Source: a candidate division TM6 bacterium UASB124 (lineage in GTDB: Bacteria; Babelota; Babeliae; Babelales; RVW-14). From it: a stretch of DNA of 64,000 bases. Positions 38,448-47,100 of the stretch are shown here, piece after piece (within the stretch, counting starts at the first letter, position 1; each line of letters starts with the position of its first letter). The notes beneath the pieces are model-generated. The model had not been told where the DNA came from. It did no database searches and saw only the letters and a program-made list of their open reading frames with translations. The position numbers were made by a program, and so were the translations under genes. Location: positions 21,262 to 85,261 of the forward strand of contig CAMDFF010000001.1 in the NCBI GenBank assembly GCA_945897315.1. The letters are read 5' to 3'.

Positions 38448-39461
38448 ATGAATTTTTTTAGATTTTTAAGTATTATTTTCTTGCTCAGCTCATGCTGCCC
38501 ATTAATGCCCATGGCCCCAGAAGCAACACCACCAGAAAGCTCTGTAGAAAAACAAATCAGGCGCAATCAAGCCGTTATCAAGTGCCTCAAAACATCTGGC
38601 CTTTTGCGTGAAATTTATTCTTATTTGCCTGTGCAAGATCAACGAACCTTTGCTCGCACTTCAAAAGAAAATTTCAAAGCTGAGTTACATTTTTTAAAAG
38701 AAAAAATAATCCTGCCTTTCATACCAGGCAAAACGCCAAAACAAATCAACAAAGTCAAATCCTTTCTGGCTCATTTGCTGTTTATTGGCTGTAATATTCC
38801 GCATACAACGATAGATGAAAAGGGTGAATATCATGTGCCTGCAATTGTTGCTGAGTGTGCATGTCAAGAGACAGCCAGATCTATGCCAACTACTCAAGCA
38901 GAGTTAGACAAAATGCTACGTAAGCCTAGCGTCACAAACTGTCCCGAATTTCGCGTTCTCAATGCTCTCAACCATGGAGCAAACCCCAACATACGTAGCA
39001 AATGGGGCGCCCCCATTCTTTATAGCACCACTTCTGCAGCAGCTGATTATCCGATGATTTTGCTTGCGTATGGCGCCAATCCAAACTTACAGGATAAAGA
39101 TTATTCCCCAAGAACTGCGCTTCATTCCGCAATAGTAAATCGCGATAGATTCGTATTATTTCTTAATTATGGAGCAGATGTTGAAACACGTTGTCCTCAA
39201 ACGGGTCGTTCTATCCTGCATGATGTTTGCCAACTGGAATTAGAATCTTATATTTTAAATAAAGCTGTACTTTTAGAGCACGCAACCGAGCTCATCAAGC
39301 GTGGGGCACGTGCTCGCTCAGACATGCTCTCACCTCGTAACTCATCTGAAATGAGAAGCTTAATTCTTAATGCTGTAGCACGACAAGAAGCTAATGCCGC
39401 TGTTGCTCTCGGTCCCGTTGTTAACGGAGGAGCTGGTGGCGGAATAGGCGATGTCGATTAG
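38448..39461 (+). CDS. Ankyrin-repeat protein with a signal peptide and an F-box-like segment
   Basis: N-terminus MNFFRFLSIIFLLSSCCPLMPMA. F-box-like LLREIYSYLPVQDQRTFARTSKENF. At least three ankyrin repeats (LNHGANPNIRSKWGAPILY, LLAYGANPNLQDKDYSPRTALHSAIV, LNYGADVETRCPQTGRSILHDV). Confidence 0.8.
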   Translation: MNFFRFLSIIFLLSSCCPLMPMAPEATPPESSVEKQIRRNQAVIKCLKTSGLLREIYSYLPVQDQRTFARTSKENFKAELHFLKEKIILPFIPGKTPKQINKVKSFLAHLLFIGCNIPHTTIDEKGEYHVPAIVAECACQETARSMPTTQAELDKMLRKPSVTNCPEFRVLNALNHGANPNIRSKWGAPILYSTTSAAADYPMILLAYGANPNLQDKDYSPRTALHSAIVNRDRFVLFLNYGADVETRCPQTGRSILHDVCQLELESYILNKAVLLEHATELIKRGARARSDMLSPRNSSEMRSLILNAVARQEANAAVALGPVVNGGAGGGIGDVD

Positions 39462-39464
39462 TTT

Positions 39465-40577
39465 TTATTGCTCACACAATAGAACAAGCTGCTCGCGAGC
39501 CTGTTCATTAAGCAGCTTGTAGCGCACATGTAAAACATACCAACGCAATGGCGCATGCAAGCCCTGTGCAAGCACAAGCGGCGCAAGCTTAACCCAGTCT
39601 TTGGTAGTCGTAATTACAGCTTCTGCGCCAACGGCTTGTGCCTGTTCGTAAATTGTTTCAAGATCACGTTCACGATATGGCGCATGATTTGGAAAAACAC
39701 ACACAGCAGACGCCGCAAGATTAATTTTTTTGAGTGACTGTTCGACATTAGTTGGTGTGCCAATGCCTGCAACCATCACAAACTTTTTGCCCACAAAAAA
39801 TTCTGGTGAAACGAGCTCTTCGTTATTGCGATACAAACCATCAATTGCATGTTTCCCCCAAAATATGGGTTTGTTGTCTGTTTGCTTTTGGAGCTTTGCT
39901 TGCAATGCATCACGCTGCTGTTGAGTAATCTGATCACTATGCGTCATCATGATAAAACTCGCACGCGATAAATCTTTTTCACGCAAGCGCCCTGCCGGCA
40001 AGCAGTGACCATTATCAAACGGCTTGCGCGCATCAAGCAGTACAATATCGATATCTTTTTTTACTGAGTGGTGCTGGTAAGCATCATCAAGAATGACGTA
40101 TTTTATGTGCGGCAATAAGTCTCTAACAAGAACACATCCGTGCACACGTTGAGCGCTGACAACCACCGGACACGTAAGCTGTGTCGCGTGCATAACTGCC
40201 TCATCGCCGGCAACACTCACCGAACAGAACAACTGATTTCCATCGCCCACCAGGATTTGTTTGCCTGCACGTTCTTGGCTGCCACCATATCCTCGCATCA
40301 CAATCACACATCGATCTTCACTGAGCAGTTTTACTAGGAATGGGACGACTACCGACTTTCCGGTGCCGCCAACGGTCAAATTGCCAACGCTGATAATTTT
40401 AAAGCGGTAACCAGTTTTGTTGCCACGATATTTTTTCCACGCTTGGTCGATAAAAAAAATCAGGCGATAAAGATACTCGAGCGGGATAAGCACAAAAAAA
40501 AGTACCCGCTCGCAAAACTTTTTTGCGAGCGGGTACAGATTATTCAAAAACAAATTAGTCGATTTTGGTTTCTGCAT
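39465..40577 (-). CDS. lpxK: Tetraacyldisaccharide 4'-kinase (lipid A biosynthesis)
   Basis: P-loop ISVGNLTVGGTGKSVVVPFL and N-terminal LIPLEYLYRL (compare the LPLSWLYG region of LpxK). The start is uncertain. The ATG at 40577 overlaps infB by 23 nt and places the infB terminator hairpin inside the ORF. The GTG at 40493 lies just after the hairpin. The ORF-track start at 40832 is not credible. Confidence 0.75.
   Translation of the reverse strand: MQKPKSTNLFLNNLYPLAKKFCERVLFFVLIPLEYLYRLIFFIDQAWKKYRGNKTGYRFKIISVGNLTVGGTGKSVVVPFLVKLLSEDRCVIVMRGYGGSQERAGKQILVGDGNQLFCSVSVAGDEAVMHATQLTCPVVVSAQRVHGCVLVRDLLPHIKYVILDDAYQHHSVKKDIDIVLLDARKPFDNGHCLPAGRLREKDLSRASFIMMTHSDQITQQQRDALQAKLQKQTDNKPIFWGKHAIDGLYRNNEELVSPEFFVGKKFVMVAGIGTPTNVEQSLKKINLAASAVCVFPNHAPYRERDLETIYEQAQAVGAEAVITTTKDWVKLAPLVLAQGLHAPLRWYVLHVRYKLLNEQAREQLVLLCEQ
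40493..40536 (-). terminator. Strong rho-independent terminator after infB
   Basis: On the minus strand: GTACCCGCTCGCAAAA, aag, TTTTGCGAGCGGGTAC (16-bp perfect stem, 40502-40536), followed by T8 (40494-40501). It starts 19 nt after the infB stop. Confidence 0.75.
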
Positions 40578-42858
40578 AGCAAAGAACGGTATCGCCCTCT
40601 TTCCATTCATTAAACCCATCAACGGTAAAGCCGCATTCATAACCGGAATGGACCTCTTTAACCGTTTTGCGATCGCGCTGCAATGAAGTAATTTTGCCTT
40701 CGCCAATTTTCTTATTACCACGGATACACTCGACCTTGTTGCCACGGCTGATGACCCCATCACGCGCATAACAACCAGCAATAATGCCAATCCCTTTGAT
40801 ATCAAATACTTTAAGAACGTTAGCTTCGCCAACTTTGTTCCATGAGTACTGAATCTCTTTTTTGGATTGTAGCAATTTGCTTAAGTACTCGATCATTTCA
40901 TAAATAATGCCATACAGCTCGACCTTTACGCCCATCTCTTTTCCAAGAGACAGTGCATTTTTTTCGATCTTTACGTGAAGACCAATAATAATTGAGTCGG
41001 TGCCTTCAGCAAGCTCAATATCGCCTTCGGTGATATCACCAATGCCGGTATTTACGATAACAATTGGACACTTAATATCTTTAAATGCTTTCACCACTTT
41101 ATCAATAGAACCCATGACCGCTTCTTTGGATCCACGGGTATCGGTCTTGATAATAAGATTAATAGCTTTTTGGGGTGCTGCTTTTTGAGTTGCCTTCTGC
41201 AAAGAAACAACGGGAGCCATTTGTGGCGCCGAAAATGTTTGCTCTGCTTGCACTTTTTGAGAACGCACTTTATTGTACTCAGCCTGAGGAACAACGGAAA
41301 GCTCGTCACCAAGATCAGCAACTGAATCAAAGCCGATGAGTTGTGCGGGTACTGATGGACCAGCCTCGGTAATTTTTTTACCATACGTATCAATCAGAAT
41401 ACGTACCTTGCCTGAACAATTACCAACGGTGAAGTAATCACCAACACGCAACACACCATCACGAGCAATAACAGTTGCAACAGCGCCAAGGCCTTTTTCT
41501 ACATGTGATTCAAGAATGAATGCATGTGCTGGCTTGTCGGTTGTTGCCTTTAAATCCATCATTTGCGATTGCAACAAAATCATATCAAGCAAGTGATCAA
41601 CACCCAGCCCTGTTTTTGCTGAAATCGGTGCAATAATGGTCTGGCCGCCCCAATCTTCTGGCATTAATTCATGCTGTGCAAGTTGACGCTTAATCGTCTC
41701 AACTGCTGACGGAGAAGTAACTTTATCAATTTTATTTATTGCAACGATAATAGGCACGCCAGCTTTTTTTGCATGCTCAAGCGCTTCGATTGTCTGTGGC
41801 ATCATACCATCATCAGCCGCTATAACAAGAATTGCTATATCGGTAATCTTTGAGCCTTGCTGACGCATATACGAAAACGCTTCATGGCCAGGAGTGTCCA
41901 AAAATACAATTTTACCCTGTGGGTGCTTAACTTCCCATGCTCGTAAATGCTGTGTGATACCGCCTTTTTCGCTAGCAGCAACATTCATTTTACGAATAAA
42001 ATCAAGCAATGTCGTTTTGCCATGATCAACGTGACCCATCACAACAACAATCGGGGCTCTGGTTAAACCATCCGCGTTATTTTTCTTCACAAAAACAGCT
42101 GCTTGCTGGCCTGTAAGAGGAACTCTAACGGTCACAGGAATATTAAATGCTTCACCTAGCGAGCGGATAACGTCTTGTCCGATGGTAGCATTAAGATTGC
42201 AAACCATGCCTTTTTTCAGCAAAACCATGATTACATCACTTGCTTGCTTGCCAAAAAGCTTTGCTACGTCGCAAACAGCCATTGACCCAGGATCGATAGT
42301 TGCTTGTGTTACGGCTACTTTTGGCGCCTCTCTGACAGGCATAGGGCGCGCTCTACGACGCTTACGTCGACGAGGACCCTGGTGTCCCATTGCTGGCAAG
42401 CCAACGAGGGCGCTTACGCTAATTAACCGCTTAATGCGCTCTTGTTCGCGTAGCTCGGCGTCTTCCTCTTCTTCAAAAGAAAGCACTCGTGGTGCACGAG
42501 GCGGGGTTGCAGGGATTGGTCCGGTCGTAACGGGCCGCTGATTGTGTACGGGCACATGATGTGGTTTAGCCACTAAAGGTGCAGTTGTTTTTATGTTGGC
42601 AGCGGTACTAGCTACCGATTTATGTGGGGCAATATGAGCCTCCTGTGGAGCCTTCTTTTCAGACTCATGCTTGGTGTTAACATTAATTGCCTGTTTTTCA
42701 GACGTAGAAACTGTCGAAAACTTTTTTTCAAGGAATGATAGTGCTTCTGGTGACAGCACGGCCATATGATTTGGTAACGCAAAGCCACCGATTTTAAGAG
42801 CAGCTAAGACATCTTTGCTGGCCATCTCAAGCTTTTTTGCAAATTCATACACACGCAT
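40555..42858 (-). CDS. infB: Translation initiation factor IF-2
   Basis: GTPase motifs VVMGHVDHGKTTLLD, DTPGHEAF and NKIDK. 767 aa with a low-complexity N-terminal region. Confidence 0.95.
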   Translation of the reverse strand: MRVYEFAKKLEMASKDVLAALKIGGFALPNHMAVLSPEALSFLEKKFSTVSTSEKQAINVNTKHESEKKAPQEAHIAPHKSVASTAANIKTTAPLVAKPHHVPVHNQRPVTTGPIPATPPRAPRVLSFEEEEDAELREQERIKRLISVSALVGLPAMGHQGPRRRKRRRARPMPVREAPKVAVTQATIDPGSMAVCDVAKLFGKQASDVIMVLLKKGMVCNLNATIGQDVIRSLGEAFNIPVTVRVPLTGQQAAVFVKKNNADGLTRAPIVVVMGHVDHGKTTLLDFIRKMNVAASEKGGITQHLRAWEVKHPQGKIVFLDTPGHEAFSYMRQQGSKITDIAILVIAADDGMMPQTIEALEHAKKAGVPIIVAINKIDKVTSPSAVETIKRQLAQHELMPEDWGGQTIIAPISAKTGLGVDHLLDMILLQSQMMDLKATTDKPAHAFILESHVEKGLGAVATVIARDGVLRVGDYFTVGNCSGKVRILIDTYGKKITEAGPSVPAQLIGFDSVADLGDELSVVPQAEYNKVRSQKVQAEQTFSAPQMAPVVSLQKATQKAAPQKAINLIIKTDTRGSKEAVMGSIDKVVKAFKDIKCPIVIVNTGIGDITEGDIELAEGTDSIIIGLHVKIEKNALSLGKEMGVKVELYGIIYEMIEYLSKLLQSKKEIQYSWNKVGEANVLKVFDIKGIGIIAGCYARDGVISRGNKVECIRGNKKIGEGKITSLQRDRKTVKEVHSGYECGFTVDGFNEWKEGDTVLCYAETKID

Positions 42859-42882
42859 GCTTACACCACCCGAGCAAAATTA

Positions 42883-43971
42883 TTATTCATCTGTCCGTTC
42901 ATGGTCATAGTCTCTCTCGTCTTCCTCTGCGTCATCAAGCGTGATGGTCTGTTCAGGTCTAGCAAGGTCTTGAAGTTGAATCTCAAGCCCAACCAGCTTT
43001 GACGCGAGGTTAATATTTTGGCCCATCTTACCAATCGCATAAGAGCGTTGATCTGGCGCAAGCCACACTGTAACCTTGCCACCATCCATAACCTCAACGC
43101 GGTCAATTTCTGCAGGCTTAAGGCTATAGCGTACCAATTTTTCCATGGAATCAGTGGCTTGAATAAGATCAATCTTTTCCTGGCCAAGCTCACGTAAGAT
43201 AGGTTTAATACGTGCGCCGCCTACCCCAACACAGGTACCAACAGGATCAATTTCTTTTCTATTCGATGCAACAATTATTTTAGTTTTATAGCCAGGAATA
43301 CGTACGACTGTTTGAATTTCCACAAGGCCTTCAAAAACCTCTGGGATTTCTATTTCCAGGAGACGTTGAACGAAGTCACCTGATACGCGGTCAAGAACAA
43401 GCTGATAGTCACCACGGGCAACTTGATACACTTCTTTAAGCAGGGCTCGAACGGGGTGCCCTATGCGTACGACTTCTTGAGGAATAACATTCTCAAAAGG
43501 CAGTATTGCAAGCACTTCGCCAACGCTAACAGCGTAGCCAGCACGTTCGCGCTTATGCACCATGCCAGTGACAATGGTGTCTTCCTTGTCTTTGTATTCT
43601 TCGTAAATGGCAAGCTGCTCAAGGTCACGAATTTTACTAGCAATCATCTGTTTTGCAGTCAAAATTTCGATACGACCAACCGGCTCTTCAAAAGGCACCT
43701 GAAGGATGACGCCTAGCGCAGCAGTTTGATCAACTGTTTTTGCCCTGCGCAGTGTGATCTCAAAGTCCTCATCGGTCACTACGGCTACAACTTCTTTGTC
43801 TGAAGCAACGTCCAGATTTCCAGTTTTTTTATTGTAGGTAACATAAAAAGTGACCCCGGGGTATTTTTTGCTATAAGCTGCCGATATGCCTTCGCATACA
43901 ATCGCAACAACTTTTTCACGATCAAGACCACGCTCTTCTACAAGACTATCGATGACGTCAGTAAGATTCAC
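42883..43971 (-). CDS. nusA: Transcription termination/antitermination factor NusA
   Basis: N-terminal domain, S1 domain (GMVHKRERAGYAVSVG) and KH domains (IDPVGTCVGVGGARIKPI; AIGKMGQNINLASKL). Lies 24 nt upstream of infB. Confidence 0.95.
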   Translation of the reverse strand: MNLTDVIDSLVEERGLDREKVVAIVCEGISAAYSKKYPGVTFYVTYNKKTGNLDVASDKEVVAVVTDEDFEITLRRAKTVDQTAALGVILQVPFEEPVGRIEILTAKQMIASKIRDLEQLAIYEEYKDKEDTIVTGMVHKRERAGYAVSVGEVLAILPFENVIPQEVVRIGHPVRALLKEVYQVARGDYQLVLDRVSGDFVQRLLEIEIPEVFEGLVEIQTVVRIPGYKTKIIVASNRKEIDPVGTCVGVGGARIKPILRELGQEKIDLIQATDSMEKLVRYSLKPAEIDRVEVMDGGKVTVWLAPDQRSYAIGKMGQNINLASKLVGLEIQLQDLARPEQTITLDDAEEDERDYDHERTDE

Positions 43972-44172
43972 TGTATTTTAACCTTTGTCGCTAGACGGCT
44001 TTTTTACGAAAGCCACATGAATATAGAAATGTTTCTTAAGTATCAAATTTTTGAATAACCATCAGTCTACTGCTTTTCCCAAAAAAGTGAAGCATTCCTC
44101 CAGAGTTGCCATACATCTATCATTGACTATCAGGCAATAGTCTCTTCCTGTGAAAAAGTTATCCACAACGCC

Positions 44173-44217
44173 TATTATTATTACTCTATAATATTATATT
44201 AATTATAATACTAATAA
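44173..44217. other. AT-rich tract (candidate DNA unwinding element) bracketed by inverted DnaA boxes
   Basis: tattattattactctataatattatattaattataatactaataa contains only 3 C and no G. It begins with a TAT TAT TAT TAC trinucleotide run, 5 nt (acgcc) after the box at 44159-44167. Confidence 0.55.
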
Positions 44218-44295
44218 GGGGCGCGTTTTTTGTGGATAACTTTGTTTTTTTTCGCTCTATCTATCGATCCAATCGGCCTAAGCAGGACAAAAAAA

Positions 44296-44340
44296 CTTGT
44301 GGATAACTTGTGGATAACTTGTTGATAACTTGTGGATAAC
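44296..44340. repeat. Four tandem 11-bp repeats, each containing a DnaA box (TGTGGATAA orientation)
   Basis: cttgtggataa cttgtggataa cttgttgataa cttgtggataa c, with an exact 11-bp period. Confidence 0.9.
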
Positions 44341-44436
44341 TTTTCACTAGCCAGTGAAACACTGATCCAGTCGGCTATTTGAAGTAAAAAATGCAGGATA
44401 GTTAGACCTAATAGGTTTTTACAATATTATGATAAA

Positions 44437-44481
44437 AGTTATTAACAAGTTATCAACAAGTTATCCACAAGTTATCCACAA
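44437..44481. repeat. Four tandem 11-bp repeats, each containing a DnaA box (TTATCCACA orientation); inverted copy of 44296-44340
   Basis: agttattaaca agttatcaaca agttatccaca agttatccaca a. Its reverse complement differs from the first array at only two bases, in the outermost box. Confidence 0.9.
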
Positions 44482-44574
44482 TTTCTATGTGCATTAAGCG
44501 CCTATTTAATTGCACAACTGGCAAAAATTGACGTTTTTGCCACAGAAAGTAAATTTTTATGCGGAGAAATAGTA

Positions 44575-45699
44575 ATGGGAAAAATATTTTTAGCGCTGTT
44601 AATACATTGTAACATCGTAGCGTTAACCTCTGCGCCAGTATTTTTGAGGGTTAAGGACCCTGTTTTAAGTGTGTGGATTGCTCCCCATGAGCTTCAGGGA
44701 CCCTTTGAGTACCCGTCTTTTCGCAATCCACGCAAACCTGGCGCTGTGTCGCTCAAAACACATCTTACGCAGTTATTATACGGTGAATGTGTGATTTTTT
44801 TAGGGGGTGGGGATGGTGCGAGTGGTATGCTTCACATTAGTATCCCTTCGCAGTTGTACTGTAATCAGGTGACAAAAGCATGGGGCAGCACAGAGGGGTA
44901 TGCTCATGAGCGGCACTTTGCGATTTGTCGCGAGCAAGCGCTCGTCACCATGGTTGTGCAAGCGGTAACGGCACGCGTGCACGCTGAGCCATCAGAGCAA
45001 GGGGCTCTTCTCATATCTTTGCCGCTGGGGGCTGTCGTACAACATGCTACCCATGAAATCATTAATGGGTATGTAAAAATTACGCTGCTGGATGGTAATA
45101 GTGGTTTTATGCGCTGTTGTGATCTGCAGGTTATATCAGAGCATGTTGGCGACATAGCAATCTTGCGTAACGCACTCTGTGAAAACGCAAAAAAGCTGAT
45201 AGGTATGCCTTACTGCTGGGGAGGCCGCAGCCCCTTTTTTGGTGAAATTGGTGCTCGTTCTCAGAGTGATTATGCAATCCCAACAAGCGTTGACTGTTCC
45301 GGCGTTGTGAGCTTATTGATGCACAGTATTGGCCTTTTTGTGCCAAGAAATAGCACAGGGCAATATGCCGTTGCTACTGTGGTAGAGCCAGCAGCAATGC
45401 AGCCTGGTGACATTTTTTTTCTCCAATCAGAGCTGGCACACGTTTCAAATCATATGTTGATATACCTTGGGGATGGCTTAGTATTTGAGGCGCGAGGCTC
45501 AGATGGGTCTGCTTCAAGCGTTCGTGTATCCCCTATTGAAAAACGTTTTGGGATGCGTCTCGAGGCGCTTCGCAATAATGAATATATTGACAACACACAC
45601 AAAGCGCACCGGCTATTGTGTGGTAGTTTTTTTTCTAGTCAAGAAACAGTCCAGCATCGGCGCAATTCTTTTCTTCTTCATCTTGGACACGCTAACTAA
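44575..45699 (+). CDS. NlpC/P60 (C40) cell-wall peptidase with an N-terminal SH3-like region, paralog 1
   Basis: Signal peptide MGKIFLALLIHCNIVALTSA. Catalytic context PYCWGGRSPF...VDCSGVVSLLMHSIGL, with HMLIYLGDG as the His motif. Confidence 0.8.
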   Translation: MGKIFLALLIHCNIVALTSAPVFLRVKDPVLSVWIAPHELQGPFEYPSFRNPRKPGAVSLKTHLTQLLYGECVIFLGGGDGASGMLHISIPSQLYCNQVTKAWGSTEGYAHERHFAICREQALVTMVVQAVTARVHAEPSEQGALLISLPLGAVVQHATHEIINGYVKITLLDGNSGFMRCCDLQVISEHVGDIAILRNALCENAKKLIGMPYCWGGRSPFFGEIGARSQSDYAIPTSVDCSGVVSLLMHSIGLFVPRNSTGQYAVATVVEPAAMQPGDIFFLQSELAHVSNHMLIYLGDGLVFEARGSDGSASSVRVSPIEKRFGMRLEALRNNEYIDNTHKAHRLLCGSFFSSQETVQHRRNSFLLHLGHAN

Positions 45700-45768
45700 T
45701 TTTACTTGTCAGGTAGTTATGAGATGCTTTAGTCTGTGGCAGCCCAATAAATATCCAAGGAGATAGAA

Positions 45769-46917
45769 GTGATTATTGTCAGTGTTTTTTTTCTTCTGCT
45801 GGTTAATAGCGCTTTCTGTGCTGCTGTCGAGAGTCGACAGGTCTGTGTGGTTAAAGACCCTATCGCCAGCGTCTGGTCAACCCCACGGGAGGTCAGGGGC
45901 CCGTTTCGCTATCCCCTTGTGCCATCATGGCTACCTGCTGTTGCACAAGCGCACGAGGGAGCTGTTTCCTTGGCAACGCATGATTCACAGCTCTTGTATG
46001 GTGAGCATGTTACGATTCTTAAAAATTGTGGTTCGATGTACAAAGTGGCTATCCCGTCGCAATGTTCGTTTGATGGGAAAACAGCACAGCCTGCTGTAGG
46101 GTATGTGCAGAAGAAGCATCTTGTGCGATGCGCAATGTCTGCAGACTTGGCTACTTGGGTTGTACAAACAATAAAAGCACCAGTAGCAATACCACGGCAA
46201 AAACGCTTCTTGCCCTTTGGAGCAATTATACAGACAGGAGGGGTTGATTTTGTTGGGGACGATCATGTGGCGATAACATTGCTGAGCGGAAAACGTGGGA
46301 AAATTCATCTAGACGATGTGCGCTATGTTTTATCGGTGGTTGAAGATGCGAGCTCTTTGCGTGAAGCGGTGTGCATTAATGCTAAAAAATTTCTTGGCGT
46401 CCCGTACTGCTGGGGAGGGCGTAGCCCGTTTTTTGGTCGTATTGGCAGGGTGCCTGTCAGTAATTATTTGGTGCCATCAGGGGTTGATTGCTCGGGATTT
46501 ATTAGCCTGTTGATGCATAGTGTCGGCCTTATGGTGCCGCGTAATAGCGGGGCACAATATCTTTTTGCTAACCCTGTCGATCCTGCGGCTATGGAGCCAG
46601 GAGACGTGTTTTATATGGGCCCAACGGGTATGGGCTATCCACGGCACATCCTCATGTATTGTGGTTATGGAATGGTCATCGAAGCTGCTGGTGGTGATGG
46701 CGCAGCATCGTGTGTTTGTTTGTCCTCTGTTGAAAAACGATTTGGCCGGCCGCTTGCAGCGCTTGAAAACGGGATGGACATAGTTTCTGCTGGCAGGGGA
46801 CGAGCTTTTAAATTATATTGCGGCAGTTTTTTTAGGGATCCTGTCACATTGCAACAGATGAGAACAAATTTTTTAGCAAATATTGGACAAAACGCCAACG
46901 CTGAAAACGTTTATTAG
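45769..46917 (+). CDS. NlpC/P60 (C40) cell-wall peptidase with an N-terminal SH3-like region, paralog 2
   Basis: GTG start after AAGGAG. Signal peptide IIVSVFFLLLVNSAFCAA. PYCWGGRSPF...VDCSGFISLLMHSVGL, HILMYCGYG. Colinear with paralog 1. Confidence 0.8.
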   Translation: MIIVSVFFLLLVNSAFCAAVESRQVCVVKDPIASVWSTPREVRGPFRYPLVPSWLPAVAQAHEGAVSLATHDSQLLYGEHVTILKNCGSMYKVAIPSQCSFDGKTAQPAVGYVQKKHLVRCAMSADLATWVVQTIKAPVAIPRQKRFLPFGAIIQTGGVDFVGDDHVAITLLSGKRGKIHLDDVRYVLSVVEDASSLREAVCINAKKFLGVPYCWGGRSPFFGRIGRVPVSNYLVPSGVDCSGFISLLMHSVGLMVPRNSGAQYLFANPVDPAAMEPGDVFYMGPTGMGYPRHILMYCGYGMVIEAAGGDGAASCVCLSSVEKRFGRPLAALENGMDIVSAGRGRAFKLYCGSFFRDPVTLQQMRTNFLANIGQNANAENVY

Positions 46918-47100
46918 CAGGTGCCTAAGCACCACGACCCTTGGATAACCTCTACCGGTAGATTAATCCAGAGGCCCCAGGGAAGGGTGGGTGTTTTTAT
47001 GCGTATGTGATAGCGCTTTTTGTACAAAAAATCAAAGCTGCGCTACACTAGCTCTCTTGATCGACAGGTAAGTTTTTCTTTGCAGTAGGGTTGAATCTAT

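Larger units (their letters stand above)
44159..44480. other. Candidate chromosomal replication origin (oriC-like DnaA-box cluster plus AT-rich unwinding tract)
   Basis: Seven perfect TTATCCACA/TGTGGATAA boxes (44159-67, 44231-39, 44298-306, 44309-17, 44331-39, 44461-69, 44472-80). Three near-boxes (44320-28 tgttgataa, 44450-58 ttatcaaca, 44439-47 ttattaaca). AT-rich tract 44173-44217 (42 of 45 nt are A/T). The flanking genes diverge from this region. Confidence 0.7.

Noticed and set aside
42861-43193. 110-aa minus-strand ORF overlapping the 3' end of nusA in another frame
   Set aside because: It lies entirely within the nusA coding region and the nusA-infB spacer and has no recognisable domain. 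It is an alternative-frame artefact.
44296-44481. Tandem 11-bp direct repeats considered as a CRISPR array, plasmid iterons or a minisatellite
   Set aside because: The repeats are contiguous with no spacers, only 11 bp long, and each unit contains the DnaA-box consensus. There are no cas or rep genes nearby. A DnaA-binding array is the parsimonious reading.
46918-47100. Structured intergenic region (hairpin ggtgc-ctaa-gcacc, palindrome ctaccggtag, G-rich stem plus T5, palindrome tttttgtacaaaaa) considered as an SRP RNA, riboswitch or other ncRNA
   Set aside because: I cannot match it to any RNA family I know, and the SRP 'GGAAG...AGCAGC' core is absent. It is most simply the terminator region of the NlpC/P60 operon plus the promoter of the small ORF. 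An Infernal/Rfam scan would settle this.
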